64,000 nucleotides of DNA, taken from positions 118,542 to 182,541 of the forward strand of contig CAZRIX010000001.1 of NCBI GenBank assembly GCA_964600255.1, in the 5' to 3' direction. The stretch's first letter is position 1; every line of letters starts with the position of its first letter. Made by a program: the position numbers and the translations under genes. Below, in pieces: positions 52,610 to 61,044 of the stretch. This stretch comes from an uncultured Candidatus Saccharibacteria bacterium. Lineage in GTDB: Bacteria; Patescibacteriota; Minisyncoccia; Phycocordibacterales; PALSA-1337. The notes under the pieces were generated by a model. The model was not told where the DNA came from. It searched no databases and saw only the letters and a program-made list of their open reading frames with translations.

Positions 52610-53653
52610 TTATTTACTGACCGACACTAATTCCACTTTATAAGTCACTGATTCTCCATCATCAACCAAAATCATTGGTTCCACTCCTGTAAACCAATAT
52701 CCCTCCGAAGTCTTAAAAGTTATTTTCCTTACACCACCAACTTTCATCCCAATAACCCCAAGTGCGTAAGAATCGTAGGACTCAATATTAGTATTCAAAT
52801 TTATTTTGAAATTTTTGAACATATTTGTAAGAGTGGGATTATTTGGCATTGTTGAACTGTCATAGGTTTTACCCTTTATATCTACACCCAGTACATTAAT
52901 AACAGCCTTTTCGTTATACCGCGCCAATTCCCCCGTACCAATCTTCACATCGACAATATTTTCTGACGGGAAGTACTGATAATTCGCAGATCCAGGAACT
53001 GCCTCGAGTGATGGATCCAGATTTACATTATTAGTCATTTCTTGTAAAACCCATTTATCATGTGTATTAGTCCAATCTTTTTTGCAATCATTCCTTCTAA
53101 CAAGATAAATATATGCATCACACTCATCAAGTGAATCAAACATGGCATTATTTTTATAAATAATTTTACCTTTTACAGATAGGTCATGATAATTCATGTA
53201 TATAACAGGACAAAGAATAAAGAAAAGTAAAGCTGCAACTACCGTTGAAACAGTTAATTTATCCGTCAGTGGCTTAGTGATATTAAACACAATCAGAGCA
53301 AAAATAAAAAGTATCAGTATACATACAAGTGTTGGAAAAAACGCCAAACCCCAAGGAACAAAGTATGCTGGAATAAAACAAGCCACAATATCAACAACAA
53401 TTAAAATTCCAGCAACTTTAAAAACTTGTTTATTAAATGAACTACTTAAACCCATCCATATTGAAATAATTACACTAGCGATAAAGTAAAATACATATGT
53501 TGCAAAATCGACATCAAAAAACTCAATAGCATGACCATCACTAGTATGAGAACGATAGTGGAAATAGAAGAAAGACACTAAAGAGTATATAAGTAGAAGT
53601 GCACACCCTCTTAAAATTGATAAAGGATTTGTGAATATTTTGTTATTTTCCAT
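52610..53653 (-). CDS. Hypothetical membrane protein with possible C-terminal FKBP-like domain
   Basis: ~5 TM segments then a soluble domain. KGKTYDSS and GMKVGGVRKITF...YKVELVSV weakly resemble FKBP PPIase motifs. First of three repeat-preceded genes next to the tRNA. Confidence 0.4.
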   Translation of the reverse strand: MENNKIFTNPLSILRGCALLLIYSLVSFFYFHYRSHTSDGHAIEFFDVDFATYVFYFIASVIISIWMGLSSSFNKQVFKVAGILIVVDIVACFIPAYFVPWGLAFFPTLVCILILFIFALIVFNITKPLTDKLTVSTVVAALLFFILCPVIYMNYHDLSVKGKIIYKNNAMFDSLDECDAYIYLVRRNDCKKDWTNTHDKWVLQEMTNNVNLDPSLEAVPGSANYQYFPSENIVDVKIGTGELARYNEKAVINVLGVDIKGKTYDSSTMPNNPTLTNMFKNFKINLNTNIESYDSYALGVIGMKVGGVRKITFKTSEGYWFTGVEPMILVDDGESVTYKVELVSVSK

Positions 53654-53748
53654 GGTACTGATTATATCCCACCATTATATTCCTGAATAGCCTGGTGTTT
53701 GTATGCATTTAACAAGAATAAACAACTAAATTAATAAAAGAAATTAAC

Positions 53749-53792
53749 TGGCGGAAAGAGCGCACTTAAGCGACTTTGCTAAGTCGAGATTC
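53749..53792 (-). repeat. R1: tRNA 3'-end-derived direct repeat (minus strand GAATCTCGACTTAGCAAAGTCGCTTAAGTGCGCTCTTTCCGCCA)
   Basis: Near-identical to R3 at 55157-55200. The terminal GCTCTTTCCGCCA equals the acceptor 3' strand plus CCA of the tRNA at 55336-55425. Confidence 0.7.
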
Positions 53793-53845
53793 TATGTTTA
53801 CATATAAGAACGAGATGTGTAGTTTGGAGTAAACCAAAGACTATA

Positions 53846-54526
53846 TCAAATATTTCTGGTAGAGAAATACCTTTTAACTTTTCTAATACCCACGATTAGA
53901 CTGATGGAGAATACAATAAAGATTGTAAGGAAACTTTCATTGTCAGATGAATTGTCAATATCAAACACGAGAGGAACGATAAGTGCCAATCCCCCTACAA
54001 ATAGAGTAGCCCAGAATCTAACTCTCAAAGAAGAGAGGAAGACTTTCATAGGATGACCTCCCTCTATAACTTGAGCTACCTCATAACTTGATCTAAAAGC
54101 TGGAAACCAGGTAGTCCATACACGGTCACTTACGTGATAATCTTCGGAATGCTGGAGCATTACAATTTTACTTCGATATATTTTTGCTAAGTATATATTC
54201 ACAATACCTGAAAGACTCCAACCAATAAAGATTAGAAATAACGTCGATAAAAATACAGCGTAGCCACCTGTCCCAGATATAATTGCAATAATCATTACCA
54301 AACTTGCTCCTGGGAAAAAACTTCCTATGAAATAGAGTCCCTCGATAAATACAGAAAGAAAGGCAGCCAAGTAAATATACTTTTCATCAATGTTTGAAAG
54401 AAAATCTACCAATTCCCCCATACCTGGAATCTCTGAGTTGAGAAAAAGTAGTACACCATATACCGCAAGAGCTGCTGCTGAGATAATCCAAATTATTCCT
54501 GCATATAGTTGATTCTTATTCTCCAT
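53846..54526 (-). CDS. Hypothetical polytopic membrane protein (possible VTT/DedA-like)
   Basis: 226 aa, 5-6 TM segments. FIEGLYFIGSFFPG resembles a DedA re-entrant loop motif. Confidence 0.4.
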   Translation of the reverse strand: MENKNQLYAGIIWIISAAALAVYGVLLFLNSEIPGMGELVDFLSNIDEKYIYLAAFLSVFIEGLYFIGSFFPGASLVMIIAIISGTGGYAVFLSTLFLIFIGWSLSGIVNIYLAKIYRSKIVMLQHSEDYHVSDRVWTTWFPAFRSSYEVAQVIEGGHPMKVFLSSLRVRFWATLFVGGLALIVPLVFDIDNSSDNESFLTIFIVFSISLIVGIRKVKRYFSTRNI

Positions 54527-54564
54527 TGCATAATTTTAACCTAAATCTAATAATTAAGACACAT

Positions 54565-54630
54565 TGCTCGACTCAGCATGCTGTCGCGAAAAGAGCACAT
54601 GTTAGTGACTCGTATAATGAATCTCGATTT
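54565..54630 (-). repeat. R2: diverged copy of the tRNA 3'-end-derived repeat plus shared palindromic box (GCTCGACTCAGCATGCTG)
   Basis: Shares the CAGCATGCTGAGTCGAGCA box with R3. The tRNA-like tail is degenerated (GTGCTCTTTTCGCGACA). Confidence 0.55.
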
Positions 54631-54654
54631 AGGTAATAACCACTACTCTATAAC

Positions 54655-55092
54655 TCACAAACTAAATAAGTAAATTGAGGTTGTCAAAATAAAAAGTATC
54701 AGCCATGTGTACACATACAATCTGTGGTACTTTTTTATCTGATTGCAATATTCAGTAACAAGAGAATCAGTACGGGCATTATCATTCACACCAAGAAAAA
54801 GGCTTTTTTCCATTTTAGTCCACGAAAAAGCAGTTAGAGGATTAAATGAAACTACCTTTGAATTAATTCCGTCTTTGATTAGTGCTGGTGACCATATATT
54901 AAACTTGAAACTATTTGGATAAAGTTTATTTACTCTCCTTCTAAATTTTAGCAGATGCAAGTTAAGCTGTATTATACATATTAAACCAAAAATAAAAAGT
55001 AGAGTGTAGATACCACCCCCAACAATAATAGTGATTGAAAACAAATCTAAAGACTGTATAAATGTGAGTATACTAGTAATCATAGTTAACAT
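54655..55092 (-). CDS. Hypothetical small membrane protein
   Basis: 145 aa with two TM segments at the N-terminus and one at the C-terminus. No motifs. Confidence 0.4.
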   Translation of the reverse strand: MLTMITSILTFIQSLDLFSITIIVGGGIYTLLFIFGLICIIQLNLHLLKFRRRVNKLYPNSFKFNIWSPALIKDGINSKVVSFNPLTAFSWTKMEKSLFLGVNDNARTDSLVTEYCNQIKKYHRLYVYTWLILFILTTSIYLFSL

Positions 55093-55156
55093 AATACAAC
55101 AGATAGTAACCTGAGGCTATAGCATCTCATCGAGACATGCTCGACTCAGCATACTG

Positions 55157-55200
55157 TGGCGGAAAGAGCGCACGTAAGCGACTTTGCTAAGTCGAGATTC
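55157..55200 (-). repeat. R3: tRNA 3'-end-derived direct repeat, contiguous with GC-rich element B
   Basis: TGGCGGAAAGAGCG + 23-nt insert + GAGATTCG mirrors the tRNA 3' end TGGCGGAAAGAGCGAGATTCGAACTCGC at 55336. Confidence 0.7.
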
Positions 55201-55300
55201 GGTCATAGGTCTTCGCCTGCTGGCTCAGCCTACGACCCTGCCTCCTTCGCCTTCGCTCAGTCCGGCTTTCTCATCTCGTCTTTCTTTGCAGTCAGACGCT
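55195..55300 (-). ncRNA. GC-rich conserved element B (about 85 nt core), candidate structured RNA or recombination arm. Paralogue of element A at 62251-62347
   Basis: The minus-strand core GAGATGAGAAAGCCGGA...GAGGC.GGGTCG...GAGCCAGCAGGCGA.GAC...TGACCGAATC is conserved between the two loci. It is GC-rich in an AT-rich genome and lies immediately 3' of a tRNA and a short hairpin. Confidence 0.45.
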
Positions 55301-55335
55301 CTGTTCAGAAGCCATTCAGGCTTCTTCACAGATCG

Positions 55336-55425
55336 TGGCGGAAAGAGCGAGATTCGAACTCGCGGTTCCAATTAAGGAACGGCGGTTTAGTAAACCGCTG
55401 GTTTAAACCACTCACCCATCTTTCC
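55336..55425 (-). tRNA. Class II (long variable arm) tRNA, Ser-type identity (G73), anticodon loop UUACUAA = nominal anticodon ACU. CCA encoded
   Basis: Manual fold: acceptor GGAAAGA/TCTTTCC, 3-bp D-stem with GG in the loop, anticodon stem GCGGT/ACCGC, variable stem GTTCC/GGAAC, T-arm GCGAG-TTCGAAT-CTCGC, then G-CCA. Confidence 0.7.
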
Positions 55426-55494
55426 ATAGCTATACTATACGAAAATTGAGGACATTTTACAAATTTTTGATAATTACCATGATATAATTATCAT

Positions 55495-57144
55495 ATGCAA
55501 AATAAATTTGATTCTTTGAAAAAGGTATTTAAAGGAGACATCGATCTAACGGATGAATCACTTACAACGTACTCGAATGATGCAAGTCTCTTTGAAATTA
55601 GGCCTGAGGTTGTAGTTTTCCCCAAAGACAAGGACGATGTATCGAATCTTGTTAAATGGGTAAATGAAAACAAAGCTCAATACCCAACTCTTTCTATAAC
55701 CGCAAGAGCCGCAGGTACTTGTATGTCTGGTGGTTCTATTGGTAGTTCAATAATACTAGATACGACTAGGTATATGAATGAGATCATCGAAGTCACTGAT
55801 AACTATGCAGTCGTAATGCCTGGCTGTTACTACCGCGATTTCGACAAAGCTACAAAGAAAATAGAACGCTATATGCCAGCTTTCACCGCATCTCGAGAAA
55901 TCAATGCAGTTGGAGGAATGGTTGGTAACAATAGTGGTGGTGAAAAGTCTGTTAAATACGGTAAAACAGAAAACTATATAAAGTCACTTAAAGTAGTTCT
56001 TTCAGATGGTAATGAATATGAAGTTAAGCCCTTAACAAAAGTAGAACTAGATAAAAAATTGATCCAGAAAGATTTCGAAGGAAATCTATACCGAGAGCTT
56101 TCAAAAGTTATTGATGGAAACTATGAAAAAATAGTTGCTGCAAAGCCAGATGTATCCAAGAATTCCGCTGGGTACTATTTGTGGAATGTTTTGAATAAAG
56201 ACACAGGAATCTTTGATGTGTGTCAGCTAATAGTAGGATCACAAGGCACACTAGGAATAGTAACTGAGATAAAATTCAAGATAGTACCATTTGAGAAGTA
56301 TTCAAATATCCTAGTAGTCTTCCTCCCTTCTCTTAATGAAGTTAGTAAACTTGTTACCGAGATACTTCCATACAAACCTGATAGTCTCGAGACTTATGAT
56401 GACAAGAGTATGATCCTTGCTGTACGTTTCTTTTTCGATTTCTTCAAGCAACTAGGATTCTGGGGAGCGATAAAGCTGGGACTACAGTTTATTCCTGAAT
56501 CATTCATGATAGCAGCCGGTGGAGTTCCAAAACTTATACTAATGATCGAGTTTGCTGGACATAGTGAAGAAGAAGTAAAAGGTAAGTTAGTTGAAGTTAG
56601 AGAAAGAATAAAGCATTTTGGTTTTCATATGCATATAGCTCATTCAAGTGCTGAGGCAGACAAATACTGGAGAATCCGTCATGAAAGTTTCAACCTTCTA
56701 CGAAAGCATGTCAAAAACAAGCGAACAGCACCTTTTATAGATGACATTATAGTAAAGCCAGAGTTCCTTCCAGAATTCCTACCTCAAATCAAAAACCTGC
56801 TTGATGAATACAAGCTAGACTACACAGTTCAAGGTCATTTAGGAAATGGTAATTTCCATATCATTCCGCTTATGGATCTTAATTCACCTTTCTCAGCTGA
56901 CATTATCCTAGAGCTTTCAGCAAAAGTTTATACGCTGGTGAACAAGTATAAGGGATCTATTACCGCCGAACACAACGACGGAATAATAAGAACACCATAC
57001 CTCAAGCAACAGTTTGGTGATGACATAGTCGCTTTATTTAAAGTAACAAAAGAAATATTTGATCCATTGAATATATTTAATCCTGGAAAAAAGGTTGGAG
57101 GAACTTTTGAGGATATTAAAACAGCAATTAAAAAGAAAAACTAA
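55495..57144 (+). CDS. FAD-linked oxidase (GlcD/D-lactate dehydrogenase family, FAD_binding_4)
   Basis: N-terminal FAD-binding PCMH domain (VVFPKDKDDVSNLVKWVNE...ARAAGTCMSGGS) and a C-terminal FAD-oxidase_C domain. 549 aa. Confidence 0.8.
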   Translation: MQNKFDSLKKVFKGDIDLTDESLTTYSNDASLFEIRPEVVVFPKDKDDVSNLVKWVNENKAQYPTLSITARAAGTCMSGGSIGSSIILDTTRYMNEIIEVTDNYAVVMPGCYYRDFDKATKKIERYMPAFTASREINAVGGMVGNNSGGEKSVKYGKTENYIKSLKVVLSDGNEYEVKPLTKVELDKKLIQKDFEGNLYRELSKVIDGNYEKIVAAKPDVSKNSAGYYLWNVLNKDTGIFDVCQLIVGSQGTLGIVTEIKFKIVPFEKYSNILVVFLPSLNEVSKLVTEILPYKPDSLETYDDKSMILAVRFFFDFFKQLGFWGAIKLGLQFIPESFMIAAGGVPKLILMIEFAGHSEEEVKGKLVEVRERIKHFGFHMHIAHSSAEADKYWRIRHESFNLLRKHVKNKRTAPFIDDIIVKPEFLPEFLPQIKNLLDEYKLDYTVQGHLGNGNFHIIPLMDLNSPFSADIILELSAKVYTLVNKYKGSITAEHNDGIIRTPYLKQQFGDDIVALFKVTKEIFDPLNIFNPGKKVGGTFEDIKTAIKKKN

Positions 57145-58713
57145 ATGGACCCTAGACTTATTTTGATGAGTACCCTATATGTTTTTGGAATCATACTCAC
57201 TTTAAGTCTGGCCGTTTTTGTCTGGATCAAATCAAGAAAAAATACTCTATCAGTTTTGTTCTGTCTCATCAGTGTGGCTGTAGCTATAGTAGAACTATCA
57301 ATAGTTGGAATAATAAATGCTCCGGATGTCGATACAGCTTACAGCATATCACTTTTGAATGTTGCCAATATTTATATTGTAGTCTTTACCGCACACTGGG
57401 TACTAGAAGCGATAGGAAAAACAAAACAGAGGCAACTAGCATTGGCTGTTATACACTTGAGTGCATTGGCTCTCAATATGTATTTCATGTTTGATCCACA
57501 GAGTTTACTGTCATTACCTACTCCAAAGATGTATCTTAACTTCTATTTTGAACCAGGATATCTATATGGAGTAATGCGAATATACTTCGCAATCATTACT
57601 CTTTACTTTACAACTGAGTTGATAATAGCGTATAGAAATACGGTAGATAAACTTGTATTAAACAGATTGCGTTACGTTATTTTCGGAATAGTATATGGAA
57701 TGGTGTTTGGACATTTTGCAGTATTTCTAGTTTACGATATACCTGTAGATCCTATTTATTCTATTCTTTTCCCTCTATACACAATACCCCTCGCATATTC
57801 AATCATTCACTATGAACTAATGGAAACAAAAATAGTGGCGAAGAAAGCTCTAGAATATGCATTGACCGTATCTTTTGTCGCTGTTGCTCTACATCTAATA
57901 AATGTATTCAATGATGTACTTGTTGAAACTTTTAGCTATATCCCAAAATGGTTGATTCCATTGATAACGTCAATAATAGCTTCAAGTGCTGGACTAATAA
58001 TCTGGTCTCGAGTAAAAGATGCTGAGGTTCTAAAAAACGAGTTTATCACCATTGTAACTCACAAGTTCCGAACACCATTAACACAAATCAAATGGACGGT
58101 GGATAGTATCAAAAAGGAGGCTAGCAAATCTCCAGAGATTACTGACGGACTAAATACAATAATGGTTGCAAGTGAATCTCTAACCGAACTTACCAATGCC
58201 CTATTGAAGGCAACAGCGAGTGAAGAAGGCGATGGTAGTAAGATACTAACCAGAGAATACATACCGGAAATAGTTTCCAGAACAGTTCGTAAGTTTAAAA
58301 AGGAAATTAGCAATAAGAATATAGAATTACGTACAACAACATCAGATGATATTCCAATAACTCCAACAGATGGATCTAACTTGGCTATAGTTTTATACTA
58401 TTTGATAGAAAACGCTATACGATATACCAACGATTCAGGTAGAATTGACATAACAATAAAGAATACAAGTAAGCAGATCTTTATAATAGTAAAAGATTCA
58501 GGAATCGGAATAAGTAAAGATGAATTGGCTAGAATCTTCTCAAAGTTCTACAGGAGTCAGTCTTCTATGAGAATGGATACCGAAGGTCTAGGAATTAGTT
58601 TGTTTATCGCAAAACAGATTGCAGATAGAAATGGATGGAATCTAACCGTAGATTCAGAGGGAGAGAATTTAGGAGCTGTATTTACATTAACAATACCAAT
58701 TAATACACTATAG
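57145..58713 (+). CDS. Sensor histidine kinase with 7-TM N-terminal domain
   Basis: ~7 TM segments, H-box ITIVTHKFRTPLTQI, N-box LIENAIRYT and G-boxes DSGIGIS / GLGISL. Its start abuts the oxidase stop. Confidence 0.85.
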   Translation: MDPRLILMSTLYVFGIILTLSLAVFVWIKSRKNTLSVLFCLISVAVAIVELSIVGIINAPDVDTAYSISLLNVANIYIVVFTAHWVLEAIGKTKQRQLALAVIHLSALALNMYFMFDPQSLLSLPTPKMYLNFYFEPGYLYGVMRIYFAIITLYFTTELIIAYRNTVDKLVLNRLRYVIFGIVYGMVFGHFAVFLVYDIPVDPIYSILFPLYTIPLAYSIIHYELMETKIVAKKALEYALTVSFVAVALHLINVFNDVLVETFSYIPKWLIPLITSIIASSAGLIIWSRVKDAEVLKNEFITIVTHKFRTPLTQIKWTVDSIKKEASKSPEITDGLNTIMVASESLTELTNALLKATASEEGDGSKILTREYIPEIVSRTVRKFKKEISNKNIELRTTTSDDIPITPTDGSNLAIVLYYLIENAIRYTNDSGRIDITIKNTSKQIFIIVKDSGIGISKDELARIFSKFYRSQSSMRMDTEGLGISLFIAKQIADRNGWNLTVDSEGENLGAVFTLTIPINTL

Positions 58714-58715
58714 TC

Positions 58716-59234
58716 GTGAAAAACAAAATAGTACAAGTAAATGACAAGATGCAAACAGGTTACGAATATGAACTTGTCTGCCCTGCTGGAAAGGAATTCG
58801 ATCCAGAGTTTAATCCAGAACTAACTCCAAAAGAAATGCTCGAGCTTGGTGTTTTTGGTGGTATATACATGAGAGATTGTACCGAAGAGTTTCCTAAGGA
58901 TTGGTTTACGAATGCCAAGTTTGCTCCTAGTGGTACTGATAAGCACATAGCATCGATCAATTTGTTTGGAGTAAATGCCAGCCAAGGTCTATCAATATGG
59001 AAAAAGAATGGATGGATATACAAAGACGATCCTAGAGGATGGTTCCAATGGTACTGTAGATACTATATGGGTCGTAGAATACCAGAAGAAGATGCAAGAC
59101 AGATCAAAAGATGGAAGATGATGAAAAGACACATGGCACAGATCTATCACAACTGCAGAGCTCAAGATATATTCTGTAGACCAAAACAAAGACAGGCACT
59201 TCTGCACTGGGCTTACGATAGCAGAAAGATATAA
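58716..59234 (+). CDS. Hypothetical conserved protein (Trp/Tyr/Arg-rich, unknown function) upstream of ung
   Basis: 172 aa. Distinctive GWFQWYCRYYMGRR...RQIKRW segment. No family recognised. Confidence 0.35.
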   Translation: MKNKIVQVNDKMQTGYEYELVCPAGKEFDPEFNPELTPKEMLELGVFGGIYMRDCTEEFPKDWFTNAKFAPSGTDKHIASINLFGVNASQGLSIWKKNGWIYKDDPRGWFQWYCRYYMGRRIPEEDARQIKRWKMMKRHMAQIYHNCRAQDIFCRPKQRQALLHWAYDSRKI

Positions 59235-59243
59235 TATACGAGA

Positions 59244-59918
59244 ATGAATACTGTAACCATGAATATGAATAACGATTGGAAAGAGATACTGAATGAAGAG
59301 CTAGTAAAGGATTATTTTCTTGATCTAAATAAATTCATCGATTCTGAGTATGACTCCAAAACAATTTTCCCTCCCAAAGATTTGGTTTTCAGTGCTTTAA
59401 ATAGCTGTAGTTTTGATAAGGTTAAAGTAGTGATTCTTGGACAAGATCCGTATCATGACCTAGATCAAGCGATCGGTCTTAGTTTTGCGGTAAAATGTGG
59501 GATGAGGCTGCCACCTTCTCTCAAAAATATATTCAAAGAGATCGAGAGCGATCTAGGTATAGAGCCGCTGCAAGACGGCGATCTATCTCGTTATGCAAAG
59601 CAAGGGGTGCTATTACTTAACTCAACTCTAACAGTCGAAGCACACCGTCCTGCTTCACATAAAGATAAAGGTTGGGAAAGATTTACTGATGAAATAATTA
59701 AAGCTCTATCTGGTAGAAGAGATGGTGTGGTCTTTATATTGTGGGGAAATTTTGCCAGAGAAAAAGCTCTACTGATCGACACTAGCAAGCATTTCATCAT
59801 TCAATCCCCTCACCCTTCCCCTTTCTCAGCAAGAAAAGGATTCTTTGGAAGTAAACCTTTTAGCAAAACAAATAACTATCTAAAAGAAAAAGGTCTTGGT
59901 GAAATAGACTGGAGGTAG
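59244..59918 (+). CDS. ung: Uracil-DNA glycosylase (family 1)
   Basis: Water-activating loop VVILGQDPYH and C-terminal HPSPFSA leucine-intercalation-loop motif. Confidence 0.9.
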   Translation: MNTVTMNMNNDWKEILNEELVKDYFLDLNKFIDSEYDSKTIFPPKDLVFSALNSCSFDKVKVVILGQDPYHDLDQAIGLSFAVKCGMRLPPSLKNIFKEIESDLGIEPLQDGDLSRYAKQGVLLLNSTLTVEAHRPASHKDKGWERFTDEIIKALSGRRDGVVFILWGNFAREKALLIDTSKHFIIQSPHPSPFSARKGFFGSKPFSKTNNYLKEKGLGEIDWR

Positions 59919-59934
59919 GAAAAAACTGCTTTGT

Positions 59935-60435
59935 TTAAATTTTATTAATTAAAATGTTTCTATCTAGTTCTACCCTCTCATCTCTTAATATAAAACCTTT
60001 CTCATCTCTCACTGCCATATTTATCCATAGATTGATAATTTTTGCTGACCATAGTTTGTGAGTACTTCCTGCTGAATAGAACTCCAGAGAAACTTTTTCT
60101 TTTCCTTCTTTTTCTCTAGAAGAGTTAGCTATTTCCAAACCAGCCTCCAATTCTTTACCCTCCAGCACATGACCACCTTCACATCTTATATATACCCCAC
60201 CAAATTCTATTCTATCGAATATTACTCCAAACAGCTGACCTGTCCTTAATATATTCTGTGAATGTAGTGCTTCAATATTTGAACTCCAGTATATATTTTC
60301 TAGTTTTTCATCATATAAAAATTTAATTGGACTATTGTGTGGTGATCCATCTACATTTGTTGTGGCAAGTGCAATATGTCTACTTGTATGGATTAATTCT
60401 TTAGCTCTATTTGTTTTTGATTCTAAGATATTCAT
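59935..60435 (-). CDS. Pyridoxamine 5'-phosphate oxidase-like FMN-binding split-barrel protein
   Basis: N-terminal HIALATTNVDGSPHNSPIKFLYDE pattern typical of PNPOx-like/general stress protein 26 family. Confidence 0.55.
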   Translation of the reverse strand: MNILESKTNRAKELIHTSRHIALATTNVDGSPHNSPIKFLYDEKLENIYWSSNIEALHSQNILRTGQLFGVIFDRIEFGGVYIRCEGGHVLEGKELEAGLEIANSSREKEGKEKVSLEFYSAGSTHKLWSAKIINLWINMAVRDEKGFILRDERVELDRNILINKI

Positions 60436-60513
60436 AAATTTTTGTTAAATGGCGGATGGTTTAGCACTGGGATAACGATATATCATAAAGATAATTCTGC
60501 AAATTTTCCTAGA

Positions 60514-60978
60514 TTAATTTGAGTCCTGTGGCACACTAGCCAGCTTCTTTCTAGTGGGCCAGTTTGCGATGAAAAATATTATCAACAAATAACCGCCGAC
60601 ACCGACTATTGCATTGATACTCTGAAATGCTGTTCCCATTTCAGAATCAATATAGTTACTTCTGAATCCAAATGAGTATCCGTAAATAATAAAAAATATA
60701 CACAAACTTATGGAGATCAAGTGGAGACGATATCCGGGTAGATATTTTATGGTAACATACTTTCTCAAGACGGAACCAATCAAACAAGACAGTATAACAA
60801 CAATTCCAGTAAGTGCGGCTCCTATCACCACTTGGAAAGCTATGGCAGTAATTCCGTCATATGGAAAAGCCATGACACCAACAATGTATATAATCCAGCC
60901 CGCGATAAAGCTTACAAGTAGCGCCAAAAGCCTATATCCGTAGTTTATAATTTTTGGGCTTATTCTGAACGATTCCAT
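60514..60978 (-). CDS. Hypothetical small membrane protein (4 TM)
   Basis: 154 aa, four hydrophobic helices, no motifs. Confidence 0.4.
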   Translation of the reverse strand: MESFRISPKIINYGYRLLALLVSFIAGWIIYIVGVMAFPYDGITAIAFQVVIGAALTGIVVILSCLIGSVLRKYVTIKYLPGYRLHLISISLCIFFIIYGYSFGFRSNYIDSEMGTAFQSINAIVGVGGYLLIIFFIANWPTRKKLASVPQDSN

Positions 60979-61044
60979 AGATATAAAAATATTAGCATAA
61001 AATAGGCTTTTAGGTACCCACTAACTTCTATACTGTTAAATCTT

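Noticed and set aside
53740-55205. CRISPR array interpretation of repeats R1/R2/R3
   Set aside because: There are only three copies. They are spaced 700-800 bp apart with a complete protein-coding gene between each, have unequal lengths, and derive from a tRNA 3' end. This is not a repeat-spacer architecture, and there are no cas genes.
55195-55335. RNase P RNA, SRP RNA or tmRNA identity for the GC-rich elements
   Set aside because: GAGAAAGCCGGA is superficially like the RNase P P4 AGGAAAGUCCGG. The element is only ~100 nt and lacks the 3' P4 partner (ACAGAACCCGGCUUA), the SRP domain IV motif and the tmRNA tRNA-Ala-like ends.
55156-55449. ORF-track CDS 55156-55449 (+) and 55184-55375 (+)
   Set aside because: They lie entirely over the GC-rich element B and the minus-strand tRNA. 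The open frames are a by-product of GC-rich, stop-poor RNA-like sequence.
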